64,000 nt of DNA. Source: Candidatus Omnitrophota bacterium. Lineage in GTDB: Bacteria > Omnitrophota > Gorgyraeia > 2-02-FULL-51-18. The notes beneath the pieces were generated by a model that made no database searches, was not told where the DNA came from, and worked only from the letters and a program-made list of their open reading frames with translations. The position numbers and the translations under genes are program-made. Positions 27,031 to 37,420 of the stretch are shown here, piece after piece. Positions within the stretch are counted from its first letter, which is position 1. The number at the start of each line of letters is the position of its first letter. The stretch covers positions 1-64,000 of the forward strand of contig CAMDWQ010000012.1 in NCBI GenBank assembly GCA_945877765.1, written 5' to 3'.

Positions 27031-27879
27031 CTATTTCCCGTTTCGTATCTGTTTTGAAAAATGCAATGCCCAGTTTTTGCGGATTTGCCCTTTTTTTATT
27101 TGGGGCAAAAAAAACGTACCGATGTCTTCACCGGCAAACAGACGCAGAAGCACATCATGCTCACGCCCCCCCGCCAAGAAAACCGGCACCCCCGAATCCA
27201 CACTCATCCGCACCGCTTTTAGCTTAGAATGCATTCCGCCGACAGTAAAATCTTTTTTCTGATCGCGAACATGGGCAAAAATTTGCTCACCAATTTTTTC
27301 GACAAATTGGATACGCTGTCCATCCCCGGAAGCGGAGCGCGCGTAAAGCCCGTTAGTATCCGAAAGAATGGTCAGAGCATCAGCCTCCAACAGAATAGCG
27401 ATCAGTGCCGAGAGCCTGTCGTTATCACCGAAGCGAATCTCATCCGTAGCCACCGTATCATTTTCGTTGATGATCGGCACTAAACCCCGGCGCTGGATTT
27501 CCTTGAGCGTACGCTTGGCATTCGTAAAACGATTTTTGTGAGCTAAATCGTCCCACGTCAGGAGCACTTGCGCTGTTGAAAATCCGCGCCGCGAAAAAGC
27601 TTCCTCCCAGCATTGCATCAAGTATCTTTGGCCCACGGCTGCCGCCGCTTGCAAACCTTGCATGGTGCGAGGACGCTTTTTTTCCTTTAAAATGACCATC
27701 CCTGCCCCAATCGCGCCAGAGCTCACCACAGAGACACGAATCCCTTTTTTTAAAAATACAGAAATTTGCGACGCTAGAGCGTCCAAGCGATTTTTGTCAA
27801 ATTGCCCGTCTCGGGTCAGGATTGAAGTCCCTACTTTGACGACCATTGAGCGTATCGCCTTGGTAAAATTTTTTCTCAT
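27031..27879 (-). CDS. proB: Glutamate 5-kinase, no PUA domain
   Basis: VKVGT, SSGAI, INEND, FGDND, GGMHSK. Confidence 0.95.
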   Translation of the reverse strand: MRKNFTKAIRSMVVKVGTSILTRDGQFDKNRLDALASQISVFLKKGIRVSVVSSGAIGAGMVILKEKKRPRTMQGLQAAAAVGQRYLMQCWEEAFSRRGFSTAQVLLTWDDLAHKNRFTNAKRTLKEIQRRGLVPIINENDTVATDEIRFGDNDRLSALIAILLEADALTILSDTNGLYARSASGDGQRIQFVEKIGEQIFAHVRDQKKDFTVGGMHSKLKAVRMSVDSGVPVFLAGGREHDVLLRLFAGEDIGTFFLPQIKKGQIRKNWALHFSKQIRNGK

Positions 27880-28832
27880 ACCGAGGACCGTAGTTTATTC
27901 AAAAGAGCTGGCACTCCCTCACCCGTCACCGCGGAAATGGGGAAAATCTCTTTTTTTATCTTTTTTTTGAATTCTTTTAGGCGCTCTTTGGCTTCCGGTA
28001 CATCCATTTTATTAGCCACAATGATTTCGTGTTTCTCCGCCAGTTTTTCTGAGTAACCTGAAAGCTCGGCGCGTAAAGCACGGTAATCCGAAATCGGGTC
28101 CCGCCCATCCACCGCCGCAAAATCAATTACATGCAAAAGAATTCGTGTGCGTTCCACATGCTTTAAAAATTCAAGCCCAAGCCCGCGTCCTTCATGCGCC
28201 CCTTCGATGATACCTGGAATGTCCGCCAAAACCAGTGTTTGCCCATCGTCTTCAAATTTTACCACACCAAGAATCGGATTTTTAGTCGTAAAGGGATAGG
28301 GCGCTATTTTTGAACGAGCATTGGACACGCGCGAGATCAAAGTAGATTTTCCCGCATTGGGAAACCCCACCAGCCCCGCATCCGCAATCAGTTTTAAACG
28401 CAGCAAGATATCTTTTTGCTCGCCAGGCTCACCGGGAGTGGCCTCATTTTTTTTATCATTGCCTTTGCCGGCAGCTCCGCCCTTGCAAACGACCACACGC
28501 AAGCCAATATGATCCAAGTCTCGCAGGAGCTCTCCCGTTGCTCTGTCAAAAACTTCAGTACCTGGAGGCACGCCAATCACCCGGTCCGCCGCGCAATAGC
28601 CGGTCTTAAAACTACTGGAGCCGTTTCCGCCCTTATCAGCTTCAAACTGGCGGTTCATTTGAAAATCTAGGAGGGTTTGAATGTTGGGCTGGGCTTCCAA
28701 AATAATCGATCCACCGTCACCCCCGTCCCCTCCAGTAGGCTTGTAATGCCTCGGCCTAGAACGGTCAAGGCTATGACAGCCTTTTCCGCCAGCACCGGCA
28801 ATACACGTAATGACTGCTTCATCAACAAACAT
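27876..28832 (-). CDS. obgE: GTPase ObgE
   Basis: MFVDEA, Gly-rich Obg fold, GFPNAGKS, DIPG, NKMD. Confidence 0.96.
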   Translation of the reverse strand: MFVDEAVITCIAGAGGKGCHSLDRSRPRHYKPTGGDGGDGGSIILEAQPNIQTLLDFQMNRQFEADKGGNGSSSFKTGYCAADRVIGVPPGTEVFDRATGELLRDLDHIGLRVVVCKGGAAGKGNDKKNEATPGEPGEQKDILLRLKLIADAGLVGFPNAGKSTLISRVSNARSKIAPYPFTTKNPILGVVKFEDDGQTLVLADIPGIIEGAHEGRGLGLEFLKHVERTRILLHVIDFAAVDGRDPISDYRALRAELSGYSEKLAEKHEIIVANKMDVPEAKERLKEFKKKIKKEIFPISAVTGEGVPALLNKLRSSV

Positions 28833-28880
28833 AGTTAGCCCTTGGAAAGAAAATCAATGGGTAAGACTGGCGAGAGAAGC

Positions 28881-29132
28881 TTAAACAGCGTCTGAAGGGA
28901 TAATGTTCACTCGATAAGACGGTTTGAAGCTTACAATCCCGTCCTTCAGAGCAAAAATCGTAAAATCGCGGCCTTGTGCCACATACAATCCCGGGCGAAA
29001 ATTACTGCCCTTCTGGCGGACAATGATACTGCCGGCTGTCACAAATTCACCGCCATAGCGTTTGACGCCAAGGCGCTGGGACTGTGAATCGCGGCCGTTT
29101 TTTGAACTACCTAAACCTTTTTTATGTGCCAT
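28881..29132 (-). CDS. rpmA: 50S ribosomal protein L27
   Basis: MAHKKG.GS.KNGRDS..RLGVK. Confidence 0.97.
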   Translation of the reverse strand: MAHKKGLGSSKNGRDSQSQRLGVKRYGGEFVTAGSIIVRQKGSNFRPGLYVAQGRDFTIFALKDGIVSFKPSYRVNIIPSDAV

Positions 29133-29162
29133 AAATCTTTAATCGCTTCTCTTTTGATACGC

Positions 29163-29474
29163 CTAAGCGTGAATAGATTTAATTTTTACTTTCAAATAAT
29201 TTTGGCGATGCCCGCGCTTGGTGGCCGATTTCTCACGACGGATATATTTAAACGAAATTGACTTAGGCCCGCGAAACTCTTTAATGAGTTCAGCTTCGCA
29301 GTAAGCGCCTTTAAGAAAAGGTCTTCCCACATCCACCTTTGAGTCGTTGGAGACCAATAACACTTGATCAAGCTTGAGGACCTTGGATTTACCCAATTCC
29401 AATAGCTCGATGGAGAGCTCTTCGCCCTCTCGGACCTTATATTGTTTCCCGCCTGTCTTAATGATAGCAAACAT
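29163..29474 (-). CDS. rplU: 50S ribosomal protein L21 (start re-called to MFAII)
   Basis: MFAIIKTGGKQYKV, GHRQ. Confidence 0.96.
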   Translation of the reverse strand: MFAIIKTGGKQYKVREGEELSIELLELGKSKVLKLDQVLLVSNDSKVDVGRPFLKGAYCEAELIKEFRGPKSISFKYIRREKSATKRGHRQNYLKVKIKSIHA

Positions 29475-29485
29475 AGTGTGAGAAA

Positions 29486-31069
29486 TTACCATAGCTTCTT
29501 TCTTTTGTCAAGCACCCGTTTAAGTTTCACGTCTTCCACATGCAAATGCAAATCACCCACGAGCGAAATCCGATTTTGCGTCTGCGCTTCAATTGCGTGA
29601 ATCATTTTACAATTATCTCGGCTTAGCACTTCAATGACATCCGGGCATGACGTTAGCTCCACATGTTCTTTGCGTATATTTTTTACAAATACCGACAACT
29701 TAAGAAGCGCGTCACTGGCCACCGTCTCCCTGGATTTGACAATACCCTTCCCCTGGCAATAAGGACACTCTTGGGTCGAGGCGCTTTCCAGACTCTTTCG
29801 CATCCGCTGACGAGTCATTTCTACCAGCCCCAGCTGCGAAAGATTAAGAAAACTTGTTTTCGCACGGTCGCGCCGTAAGGATTCCTCCAAGATTCTCAAA
29901 ACCTGGCGGCGATGATCCGCCATTTCCATGTCAATAAAATCAATAATAATAATTCCGCCTAAATCTCTTAGGCGAATTTGTTTGGCAATTTCGCGAGCCG
30001 CCTCACAGTTGGTTCGAAACGCAGTTTCCTCAAGATTTTTGGTACCGGTAAATTTTCCGGTGTTCACATCGATCGCTACCAGTGCCTCCGTCTGTTCAAT
30101 CACTAGATGCCCGCCGCTTTTTAGCGCCGCGCGGGGTTCATAAATCTTTTCAATCTCTCTTTGAATTCCATGAGCCGCAAACAAAGGCGCCTCGCCCCCA
30201 TAAAGCAGAAGCTTCGGCCGCAAATTCGGCACCGCCGCCCGCATAAAGCGGTCGACCTTACGAAATTCCTCACGGTCATTGATCATGATGCGGTCAAAAC
30301 TTTCGTTTAAGACGTCACGCACCATGCGTATAATGAGGCCATATTCCTCATGGACCGCTACCGGCGCTTTGTGGAGGGTGCAGCGGCGCTGAATCATTTT
30401 CCACTGATGGATTAAAAAACGGATATCACGCTCCAAGATTTTGGCATCACAACCCCAAGCAGCAGTCCGTACAATCAAACCGCTATCCTTAGGCAGATTG
30501 ATAGCTTTGATGATCTGGCGGATTCGGTCGCGCTCCTTACGGTCATCGATACGTTTCGAGATGCCCACATGCGGGTGATGCGGCATAAACACGACAAATC
30601 GCCCCGCTAGCGATATCTGGCAGGTCAAGCGCGCGCCCTTTGTGCCAAAAGGCTCCTTCACCACCTGCACCAGCACCTCCTGGTCTTTTTTAAGGACATC
30701 CTGAATTAGGGGTATATTCTCACGCTTGTCACGGCGTCCGTGCGAGTGATGGGCTGTCTTTGGCGGGCTCTGGACAACAGCCTCAGCGTCTGGCTTGTCA
30801 CCATTCTCCCCAAAATCCGCATCCTCTCCCTCAAGACCCCCTCCCAATACATCCGCGACATATAAAAAACCATTCTTTTCAAGCCCGATATCGATAAAAG
30901 CCGCGCCAATACCGGGCACAATCGAGCTGACTTTTCCTTTATAAATAGAGCCCACCAGCTGTTTGTCGCTTAGCCGCTCCACATAGTATTCTTCTAAGTG
31001 GCCATCTTCAACCACCGCCACTTTTTTTGTTTGAAATTCCAAACTAACCAAAATTTCCTTCTTCATCAA
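29486..31069 (-). CDS. rng: Ribonuclease E/G family (RNase G-like)
   Basis: S1 domain, IDVNTG, GGIIIIDFIDM, CPYCQG. Confidence 0.93.
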   Translation of the reverse strand: MMKKEILVSLEFQTKKVAVVEDGHLEEYYVERLSDKQLVGSIYKGKVSSIVPGIGAAFIDIGLEKNGFLYVADVLGGGLEGEDADFGENGDKPDAEAVVQSPPKTAHHSHGRRDKRENIPLIQDVLKKDQEVLVQVVKEPFGTKGARLTCQISLAGRFVVFMPHHPHVGISKRIDDRKERDRIRQIIKAINLPKDSGLIVRTAAWGCDAKILERDIRFLIHQWKMIQRRCTLHKAPVAVHEEYGLIIRMVRDVLNESFDRIMINDREEFRKVDRFMRAAVPNLRPKLLLYGGEAPLFAAHGIQREIEKIYEPRAALKSGGHLVIEQTEALVAIDVNTGKFTGTKNLEETAFRTNCEAAREIAKQIRLRDLGGIIIIDFIDMEMADHRRQVLRILEESLRRDRAKTSFLNLSQLGLVEMTRQRMRKSLESASTQECPYCQGKGIVKSRETVASDALLKLSVFVKNIRKEHVELTSCPDVIEVLSRDNCKMIHAIEAQTQNRISLVGDLHLHVEDVKLKRVLDKRKKLW

Positions 31070-31100
31070 AAAATCTCCTTATCTAGGGTTCTCTTCCAGC

Positions 31101-31153
31101 AAAAAAAAGCGCACCGTAAAATCCGTTGATGGATTTCATCTGATGCGCTTTTT
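31101..31153. terminator. Hairpin with flanking A/T tracts after pilQ
   Basis: AAAAAGCGCA...AAATCC-loop-GGATTT...TGCGCTTTTT. Confidence 0.55.
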
Positions 31154-31195
31154 AAGCAGTAATTTAAATTTTAAAAAACCAGTCGACGTGGAAGC

Positions 31196-32743
31196 TTAAA
31201 ACTTTTCCGTCTGCGGTGGATGTGCCATGGGCACAACTTGATCGTTGACCACTTCGACTGTCATAAAAAATAAAATATCTGTTTTAATTACTGCTGTTTC
31301 ATGGTGCTTAAAAAGCTTTCCAATTAAAGGCGCATCGCCCAAAAACGGTACTTTTGTCTTTGTCGTTGATTTTTCTTCTTTAATCAATCCTCCGATAGCA
31401 ATAGTTTGTCCTGACTTAATACGGACCTGAGTCACCGCTTCACGGGTGGTGAAGTGAGGTGCTTTGATATCCGCGGTAATCTCGTCGTACCCTAAAAGGG
31501 TTGTTATTTCTGGATGAACGCTGACAACGATCTCGTTTGCATCATTCACCGTGGGAGTCACCGCAAGGCGCACCCCCACATCCTTATTGGTATAACCTGT
31601 AATTTCCATCTTTCCCGTTGAACTGTTTCGTTCAAAAAGAGGTATCGAAATAACGTCTCCGACAAGAATCTTGGCTTCCTTATTATTGAGGGTCACAATG
31701 TGAGGCTCCGATAGAACCTTGGAGTCTTTACGGCTTTCTATCATCTGAAGAACCGCTTTGAACTGAGACATATCAATGGTTCCGAATTTAAAATCTGAGG
31801 GCAGTGCCACAGGAAAAGTGGGTTGCAAATTTGCAAACTGCGCGCCAAGATCATCGACGGCAAACCCAGGCCCTTCGGGAAAACTAGCGTTTCGAGTAGT
31901 GGTATAAGTGGTGATAGCCGGCGTAGTAACAATGCCCGTGTCGCCGTCCACGACCGGGGCGCTTGTAGATTTAGAGGTGTATGTCTCTTTGCCGCCCGGC
32001 AAAAATTGAGCTATGCCAGAACGTTGACGTGCATTAAAAGGAAATGTGGTAGGCCGCGTACTCCCCGAAAGAGAGGCGTCTATATTCCACTTAACTCCCA
32101 TTTTATCCGCATCGCCCAGCGTAAGCTCGATCACTTTGGCATGAATCAAAACCTGAGGCGTTTTGCGGTCAAGCCTCTCGACTACTTTTTGGACACCCTG
32201 TAAAATCGTCGGCATATCGGTAACAATCACTGTGTTGGAACGCACATCGGAACGAATTTTTCCTCGCTCGCTAAGCATGTCCTTCAGTGATTTTTCTACT
32301 TCCGCGGCTTGGGAATAATTGAGAGTGAATACCTCGGTTGAGAGCTCGCCTTTTTTAAGGTTATCTAGGGTGGTAACGCGCACAATCGTATCGTCGCGGT
32401 CATAAGCATAGCCATAGGTTTTCAAAACTACGTCCAGTGCTTTTTCCCAAGGCACATCCACCAGGCGTATCGTTACTGTACCAACCACATCCTTACCCGC
32501 AACAATGTTGACCCCGCTTTTAAAAGAAATAACGCGTAAAACATTTTGAATATCAGCATCCTTAAAATCGACCGTCACATTTCCTGAATTTGAAAGCGCC
32601 GCTGCGGGGGGTGGCTGCGGATTACTCGGCTCAGCTGCTGGTAAAGGAAGAACCTCTGCATGAACCGCAGCTTGAAATGAGACTATCGCTGCGAGCAGAC
32701 CAAACAAAACAACCAAACCAGCTCTCTTCAAGCTTAAATTCAT
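31196..32743 (-). CDS. pilQ: Type IV pilus secretin PilQ
   Basis: DFKDADIQNVL, PQVLIHAKV, KVPFLGDAPLIGKLF. Confidence 0.9.
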   Translation of the reverse strand: MNLSLKRAGLVVLFGLLAAIVSFQAAVHAEVLPLPAAEPSNPQPPPAAALSNSGNVTVDFKDADIQNVLRVISFKSGVNIVAGKDVVGTVTIRLVDVPWEKALDVVLKTYGYAYDRDDTIVRVTTLDNLKKGELSTEVFTLNYSQAAEVEKSLKDMLSERGKIRSDVRSNTVIVTDMPTILQGVQKVVERLDRKTPQVLIHAKVIELTLGDADKMGVKWNIDASLSGSTRPTTFPFNARQRSGIAQFLPGGKETYTSKSTSAPVVDGDTGIVTTPAITTYTTTRNASFPEGPGFAVDDLGAQFANLQPTFPVALPSDFKFGTIDMSQFKAVLQMIESRKDSKVLSEPHIVTLNNKEAKILVGDVISIPLFERNSSTGKMEITGYTNKDVGVRLAVTPTVNDANEIVVSVHPEITTLLGYDEITADIKAPHFTTREAVTQVRIKSGQTIAIGGLIKEEKSTTKTKVPFLGDAPLIGKLFKHHETAVIKTDILFFMTVEVVNDQVVPMAHPPQTEKF

Positions 32744-33189
32744 GTCAATTCTTTCTTGGGTTGGTCAGACTCGTGCTGCGTTTTAAATCCTTCAACATCG
32801 TTCACCGAAAGCAAAGCTCCGTTGGGCTCGATTTTTAATACTTTGACGGCTCCATACTCTTCGCCTTCTTTCAAAACAGCATCATTGGCGATAATCATCG
32901 ACCCATGCTGAGGATCATAGATCACCCCCTGAATCGTAATCTCATCAATACTCTCAACACCGATAAGCGTCGAGGCGGCTTGGCGCGTTGTCTTGGTCAC
33001 CAGCGGCGCAAAAGGGTCTCGCCGGCCCTGCCCGTCATAAAGCTCTGCAGCAGCTACCTGTGTGTTTACCGACAAAAAAATGATACCAAATGCCGTCAAA
33101 ACATTCCACAAAAAGAAACAGGCTGAACGCTTAGGCACAGAAAGATTATTTATTTTTTGCATAGGCTTCAATGGACAACTCCACGACAT
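32740..33189 (-). CDS. PilP-like protein (start uncertain)
   Basis: RRDPFAP motif, between pilO and pilQ. Confidence 0.7.
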   Translation of the reverse strand: MSWSCPLKPMQKINNLSVPKRSACFFLWNVLTAFGIIFLSVNTQVAAAELYDGQGRRDPFAPLVTKTTRQAASTLIGVESIDEITIQGVIYDPQHGSMIIANDAVLKEGEEYGAVKVLKIEPNGALLSVNDVEGFKTQHESDQPKKELT

Positions 33190-33745
33190 GTCTGCGTTCG
33201 TCTGACGAATTAGTGGTAATGCGAAGATCGATCACCTTAAAAAAAACTGGCCCCGACTCGAGCGAAGAAATAAACTTGCCAAGATCGTGCGTTGCGGCTA
33301 CGGCATTGATATGGATCGGAATTTTGGTGAGCTCTGCACCCTCAGCCGATGTTTCTAGGGGTTTGAGTGAAATAATTTTTACTTGAGAAGCCTGCGCTAG
33401 CTTCGAAAGGCTCTCTAAAAGAGACGAAATTTCTTCCTGCGGTATAAATTGCTTGTCCGCTTCCGCTAGTTTTTCGCGGGTCGTGGCCCATAGTTTATCA
33501 ATGTTGGCATGATTCCCCTTATCCTCGCGCAACGCTCTAAGCTTTTCATTCTCGGTTACCAGCTCCGGCGCTGCCTGCGTAAACACATAGATCACCGGCC
33601 GGACCAGCACCAAATAGTCAACCAGCAAAACTAAAGCAAACAAAGCTCCCACGATCAGACTTTTTTGTGATTGATCTCTATTCTCAAGAAACTGGTTAAA
33701 CTTTTCGACTGTCCCCGAAAGAAAAGCAAAGGGTGAAGATTTCAT
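33146..33745 (-). CDS. pilO: Type IV pilus assembly protein PilO
   Basis: TM, coiled coil, IP...EISSLL, gene order. Confidence 0.82.
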   Translation of the reverse strand: MKSSPFAFLSGTVEKFNQFLENRDQSQKSLIVGALFALVLLVDYLVLVRPVIYVFTQAAPELVTENEKLRALREDKGNHANIDKLWATTREKLAEADKQFIPQEEISSLLESLSKLAQASQVKIISLKPLETSAEGAELTKIPIHINAVAATHDLGKFISSLESGPVFFKVIDLRITTNSSDERRHVVELSIEAYAKNK

Positions 33746-34407
33746 GAGGACGGCGCCTTGTTTGGTTTAAACGTGCAATAGATAGAAAAGTCATAGACAT
33801 CAAAGTCGCGAATCTTCTTTTGCGTAAGATTAGACAGCTCAATGTCTGAAAAAAGCTCGCGAAATACAGGATTGGATTGAAGCCCTTTAATAAATTTCCC
33901 CGTAAAAGCTGTCTCTTCCCCCTGACCTACCGTACTGCCGTCCAATTTTAGTATTTTAACATTCATCTCTGTTTTTTTGGTATCCGTCGATTTGGAGCCG
34001 GCGGACTTGGGGGTAGGTTTGGAAATTTCAACCTTGGATTCGATCACTGAAAACCCTGTCAACCAGACACCCTTGGTCGTGGAATGGGTTAAAGCGTTTA
34101 AAAGAGATGCCCAGGAATATTTTCTTTCCACGCTTGCTTGTATTTTTTTAAGGCGGTTCTGAAGCACTAAGATATCGGCTTTTTTTTGAATGATAGCACT
34201 GCTTTCGACAGTGAGGCTAGCCAACTGAGCCTTCACCTGCCTAAGACTGATCACTTTGTACACGGCAAACGAACTCAGCGCTAGCTGTAGCACAAAAACA
34301 AATCCAGCAAGCGCAACAAAGGTCTTTATGATTGGTATCTGCGGGACTACAAATTTGGGTGCCGCCTTGGGCCGCCGGTCCGCCGGAAGAAGATTAATTT
34401 CAATCAT
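33742..34407 (-). CDS. pilN: Type IV pilus assembly protein PilN
   Basis: INLLP motif, TM, GVWL. Confidence 0.88.
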   Translation of the reverse strand: MIEINLLPADRRPKAAPKFVVPQIPIIKTFVALAGFVFVLQLALSSFAVYKVISLRQVKAQLASLTVESSAIIQKKADILVLQNRLKKIQASVERKYSWASLLNALTHSTTKGVWLTGFSVIESKVEISKPTPKSAGSKSTDTKKTEMNVKILKLDGSTVGQGEETAFTGKFIKGLQSNPVFRELFSDIELSNLTQKKIRDFDVYDFSIYCTFKPNKAPSS

Positions 34408-35414
34408 TTTCGAAATCCTCCCAATCCCCGAAGCGTCATCCCAAGCGCTACGACCAGCTCGGAACCATGCTCTTTCAAAAATTGCGGCTGTATCGCGCCT
34501 AGTGGGCGCAAGTTTTTAGTGGGGTCCCAGAGCTCAAAGGGCTTCCCAGTCTCCTCGGCTAACAACTCCAGCGCATTGGCTGCCAAAGCCCCGCCGCCGC
34601 TTAGGTATATTTTTTTTAGACCCTCTTTCATTTCGTTTTCAACATAATCAATGGAGTGGCGAATTTCTTCGCAAAGAGGCTCGAAACCTTTCTCCGTGGC
34701 AGCCTTAAGAAAAGTCTCTTCGGTCGCCGGTTTTTGTATTTTCAAGACCCCTGCCTCCGCCTCTGAGATCGCTTTTGTTTCTGCCAAAGCATTGGTCACG
34801 CTGCTTCCGCCCGTGGTAATCTCGCGCACAAAGAGAGGCAAACCATCATCCACAATCGCTAAAGCGCTCATTTTATGGCCTATATTTAAAAGCCCATAAG
34901 ACTTTTCTTCGCAGGCGGGATTTAAAGTCGAGAAAGCGTTGACCAGACAAAAAATATCCAAATCCATGACCTCTGGATAAATCCCCGCTTCCGCTAAAAG
35001 TTTACAACGGGCATCTACAAGATCCTTTTTGGCTGCCACCAGCAAAATGCTCATTTCCTTCTTAGCTGAATCTTGTTTTAAAATCTGATAGTCCAGCAGA
35101 CAGTCTTCAATAGAAAATGGGATGTGGCTTTCGGCCTCAAATCGTATCGCCCCCTCCAGTTCGCGGGGGGTCAAAAGCGGCATGGAAATACGGCGAATGA
35201 TAACCGAGGAGCCTGAAATGGCTACGCGAACATGGCGCGCTGAAGACAGGTTCAATTGCCCAAGAGCCTTGGGAATATCCAGCCCTCCGGTCAGCGGTAG
35301 AATCTCAGCGCGTTGAAGCTCGATGGACGCACCCGATTGAAGCACTTCAACACACTTGACCGAATGACTTCCGATATCAAGCCCGACGATCGTTTCGGTT
35401 TTTTTGGATTTCAA
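34404..35414 (-). CDS. pilM: Type IV pilus assembly protein PilM
   Basis: GLDIGSHSVK, actin-like fold, LSGGGA. Confidence 0.9.
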   Translation of the reverse strand: MKSKKTETIVGLDIGSHSVKCVEVLQSGASIELQRAEILPLTGGLDIPKALGQLNLSSARHVRVAISGSSVIIRRISMPLLTPRELEGAIRFEAESHIPFSIEDCLLDYQILKQDSAKKEMSILLVAAKKDLVDARCKLLAEAGIYPEVMDLDIFCLVNAFSTLNPACEEKSYGLLNIGHKMSALAIVDDGLPLFVREITTGGSSVTNALAETKAISEAEAGVLKIQKPATEETFLKAATEKGFEPLCEEIRHSIDYVENEMKEGLKKIYLSGGGALAANALELLAEETGKPFELWDPTKNLRPLGAIQPQFLKEHGSELVVALGMTLRGLGGFRK

Positions 35415-35491
35415 ACAACTTCTCCATTGGCTCTAAAAACAACTTCTATAGAACTATATAATTATTAATAAAACTCATTAAGCTACTGCGA

Positions 35492-35521
35492 ATTATAGTA
35501 TAAATTACTACTGTATGTCAA
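35492..35521 (-). promoter_or_regulatory. sigma70 promoter of pilM-Q
   Basis: TTGACA-18 nt-TATAAT. Confidence 0.7.
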
Positions 35522-35548
35522 AAAAAATCACGTCAATAAATAATCAAT

Positions 35549-35584
35549 AAAAAACCCTCACCCAAACTGGGTGAGGGTTTTTTA
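35549..35584. terminator. Intrinsic terminator after pilin
   Basis: AAAAAACCCTCACCCA-AAC-TGGGTGAGGGTTTTTTT. Confidence 0.85.
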
Positions 35585-35602
35585 TTTCAGCAACCCGATC
35601 GG

Positions 35603-35953
35603 TTACGGTAGCGTGTGAAGTAATGTAACTGCATTGGGACATGTAGGAACAGCGCTGATTGCGGCGATACCGTAAGCCCCTCCATTAGGACACACAGGAA
35701 ACGTGCCTTTGACGTACGTGCCTAACTGTACAGCTGTAGGCACAGTAGCTTCTGCAACACCAGCCGTATCCAACGCATACTGATCCTTCGCCGACGAAAT
35801 CATTCGGAGGTTGTTAATGCAAGCGTTCTTCTTCGCGTTGGTTCTAGCGGTGACGAAATTTGGGACCGCAATAGCCGCCAAAAGACCGATAATGGCTACG
35901 ACGATCATGATTTCTACCAACGTAAAACCTTTGGTGTTTTTCATGAGCTTCAT
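35603..35953 (-). CDS. pilA: Major type IV pilin
   Basis: KGFTLVEIMIVVAIIGLLAAIAVP; own promoter and terminator. Confidence 0.88.
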   Translation of the reverse strand: MKLMKNTKGFTLVEIMIVVAIIGLLAAIAVPNFVTARTNAKKNACINNLRMISSAKDQYALDTAGVAEATVPTAVQLGTYVKGTFPVCPNGGAYGIAAISAVPTCPNAVTLLHTLP

Positions 35954-36109
35954 TTTAAGTCTCCTAAGTTTTATCTCTTAAAAACCTTTGTACCTAAAAG
36001 AAGAAAGGATCCGTATTACTTTGGATTATGATGACGATTTACTGCCACCCCACCCTCTTCGTAAGAAACATTTGGTTTTGTCAGAGATCGATTAACTTCT
36101 ACAATCAAA

Positions 36110-36138
36110 AGCATACCATACGATACAAATCATGTCAA
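36110..36138 (-). promoter_or_regulatory. sigma70 promoter of pilin
   Basis: TTGACA-17 nt-TATGCT with TGn extension. Confidence 0.65.
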
Positions 36139-36196
36139 TAGACTAATGCAACAAAATATTGTTATCAAAAATTAGTTTTTTTATCATAAACGTGCC

Positions 36197-37417
36197 TTAT
36201 CCCGACACGACCGATGACAGTTTGAATATAGGCAAAAACATGCAGATGACAATACCGCCGATCACGATGCCCAGAAAAGCGATAATTAAGGGCTCAATAA
36301 GACTTGTCAGGCCGGCTACCGCCGAATTCACCTGTTCGTCATAAAAATCGGCAATCTTATTAAGCATTTTCTCAAGCTCCCCGGTCTGCTCTCCCACAGA
36401 GATCATGCGCACCACAAGCATTGGGAACACCTTGGTTCGTATGAGGGGGTCTGAGATATTTTCGCCTTCACGAATACTGGTGCGCACGGACTCTACAGCT
36501 CTCTCAATCACGGCGTTATCGGATGATTTACCGACAATATCCAATGCCTGCAAGATGGGGACACCGCTTTTAAGCAGCGTCGCCAGCGTCCGTGTAAACT
36601 TGGCCACGGCAACCTTTTGCACAATCGTGCCAAAAATCGGCGCCCGTAGCAAAAAAGAATGGAAGGCAAACCGCCCCTTTTCAGTCTTAATGTATCGCTT
36701 GATAAGAAAAATAGCCCCGATCACGCCGGCAATCCAATAGACAATGGTGTGAATCAGAAATTCGCTGACGTTGACCAAAATCTGTGTCGGTAGTGGCAGC
36801 TTGGCTCCAAAGTCTTCAAACATACCCTTAAAAACAGGCACTACTTTCACCAGCATGAGCACCGTGATACCGACCGCCATGCACGTCACAATGATCGGGT
36901 AGTTCATGGCCGACTTGACTTTATGTGCCAACGCGTCTGATTTTTCAAGATACATCGCCAGCCGGTCCATGATATCGTCTAGCGCCCCGGAAGCCTCGCC
37001 AGCTTTTGCCATGTTGACAAACAAAGGAGAAAAAATACTTTTGTGCTTGGCTAGTGCCTCGTGAAACGCAAGACCTGTCGTCAGATCCTTACGAATCTCC
37101 TCCGTGACTTTCTTAAAAACAGGTGATTCAATCTGGTCTCCCAAAATTTCGATCGACTGCACCAGGGGGATCCCGCTATCGAGCATCGTTGCCAATTGGC
37201 GCGAAAAGATCACCAGCTCCACAGATTTGACCTTCGGCTGTCCAAAACTAAATGGCTTGCCTCCAAGAGAGTCTTTTTTCTTGTCTGCTTTTATCGAAAC
37301 AGGGATCATCCCCTGCTTTCTTAAGTTGGCGCTAAGCGTTTTTTCATCCACGGCTTCACCGACTCCGTTAATGCTCTTTCCTGATCTATCTTTGGCAGAA
37401 TAGCGAAATTGTGGCAT
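36197..37417 (-). CDS. pilC: Type IV pilus platform protein PilC/GspF
   Basis: FSRQLATML.SGIPL, GEASGAL, GEQTGEL, IEP. Confidence 0.94.
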   Translation of the reverse strand: MPQFRYSAKDRSGKSINGVGEAVDEKTLSANLRKQGMIPVSIKADKKKDSLGGKPFSFGQPKVKSVELVIFSRQLATMLDSGIPLVQSIEILGDQIESPVFKKVTEEIRKDLTTGLAFHEALAKHKSIFSPLFVNMAKAGEASGALDDIMDRLAMYLEKSDALAHKVKSAMNYPIIVTCMAVGITVLMLVKVVPVFKGMFEDFGAKLPLPTQILVNVSEFLIHTIVYWIAGVIGAIFLIKRYIKTEKGRFAFHSFLLRAPIFGTIVQKVAVAKFTRTLATLLKSGVPILQALDIVGKSSDNAVIERAVESVRTSIREGENISDPLIRTKVFPMLVVRMISVGEQTGELEKMLNKIADFYDEQVNSAVAGLTSLIEPLIIAFLGIVIGGIVICMFLPIFKLSSVVSG

Positions 37418-37420
37418 AGT

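Noticed and set aside
35954-36105. c-di-GMP riboswitch in the ~150-nt pilin leader
   Set aside because: No GEMM-type GAAA tetraloop/receptor pattern recognisable by eye; would need an Infernal search
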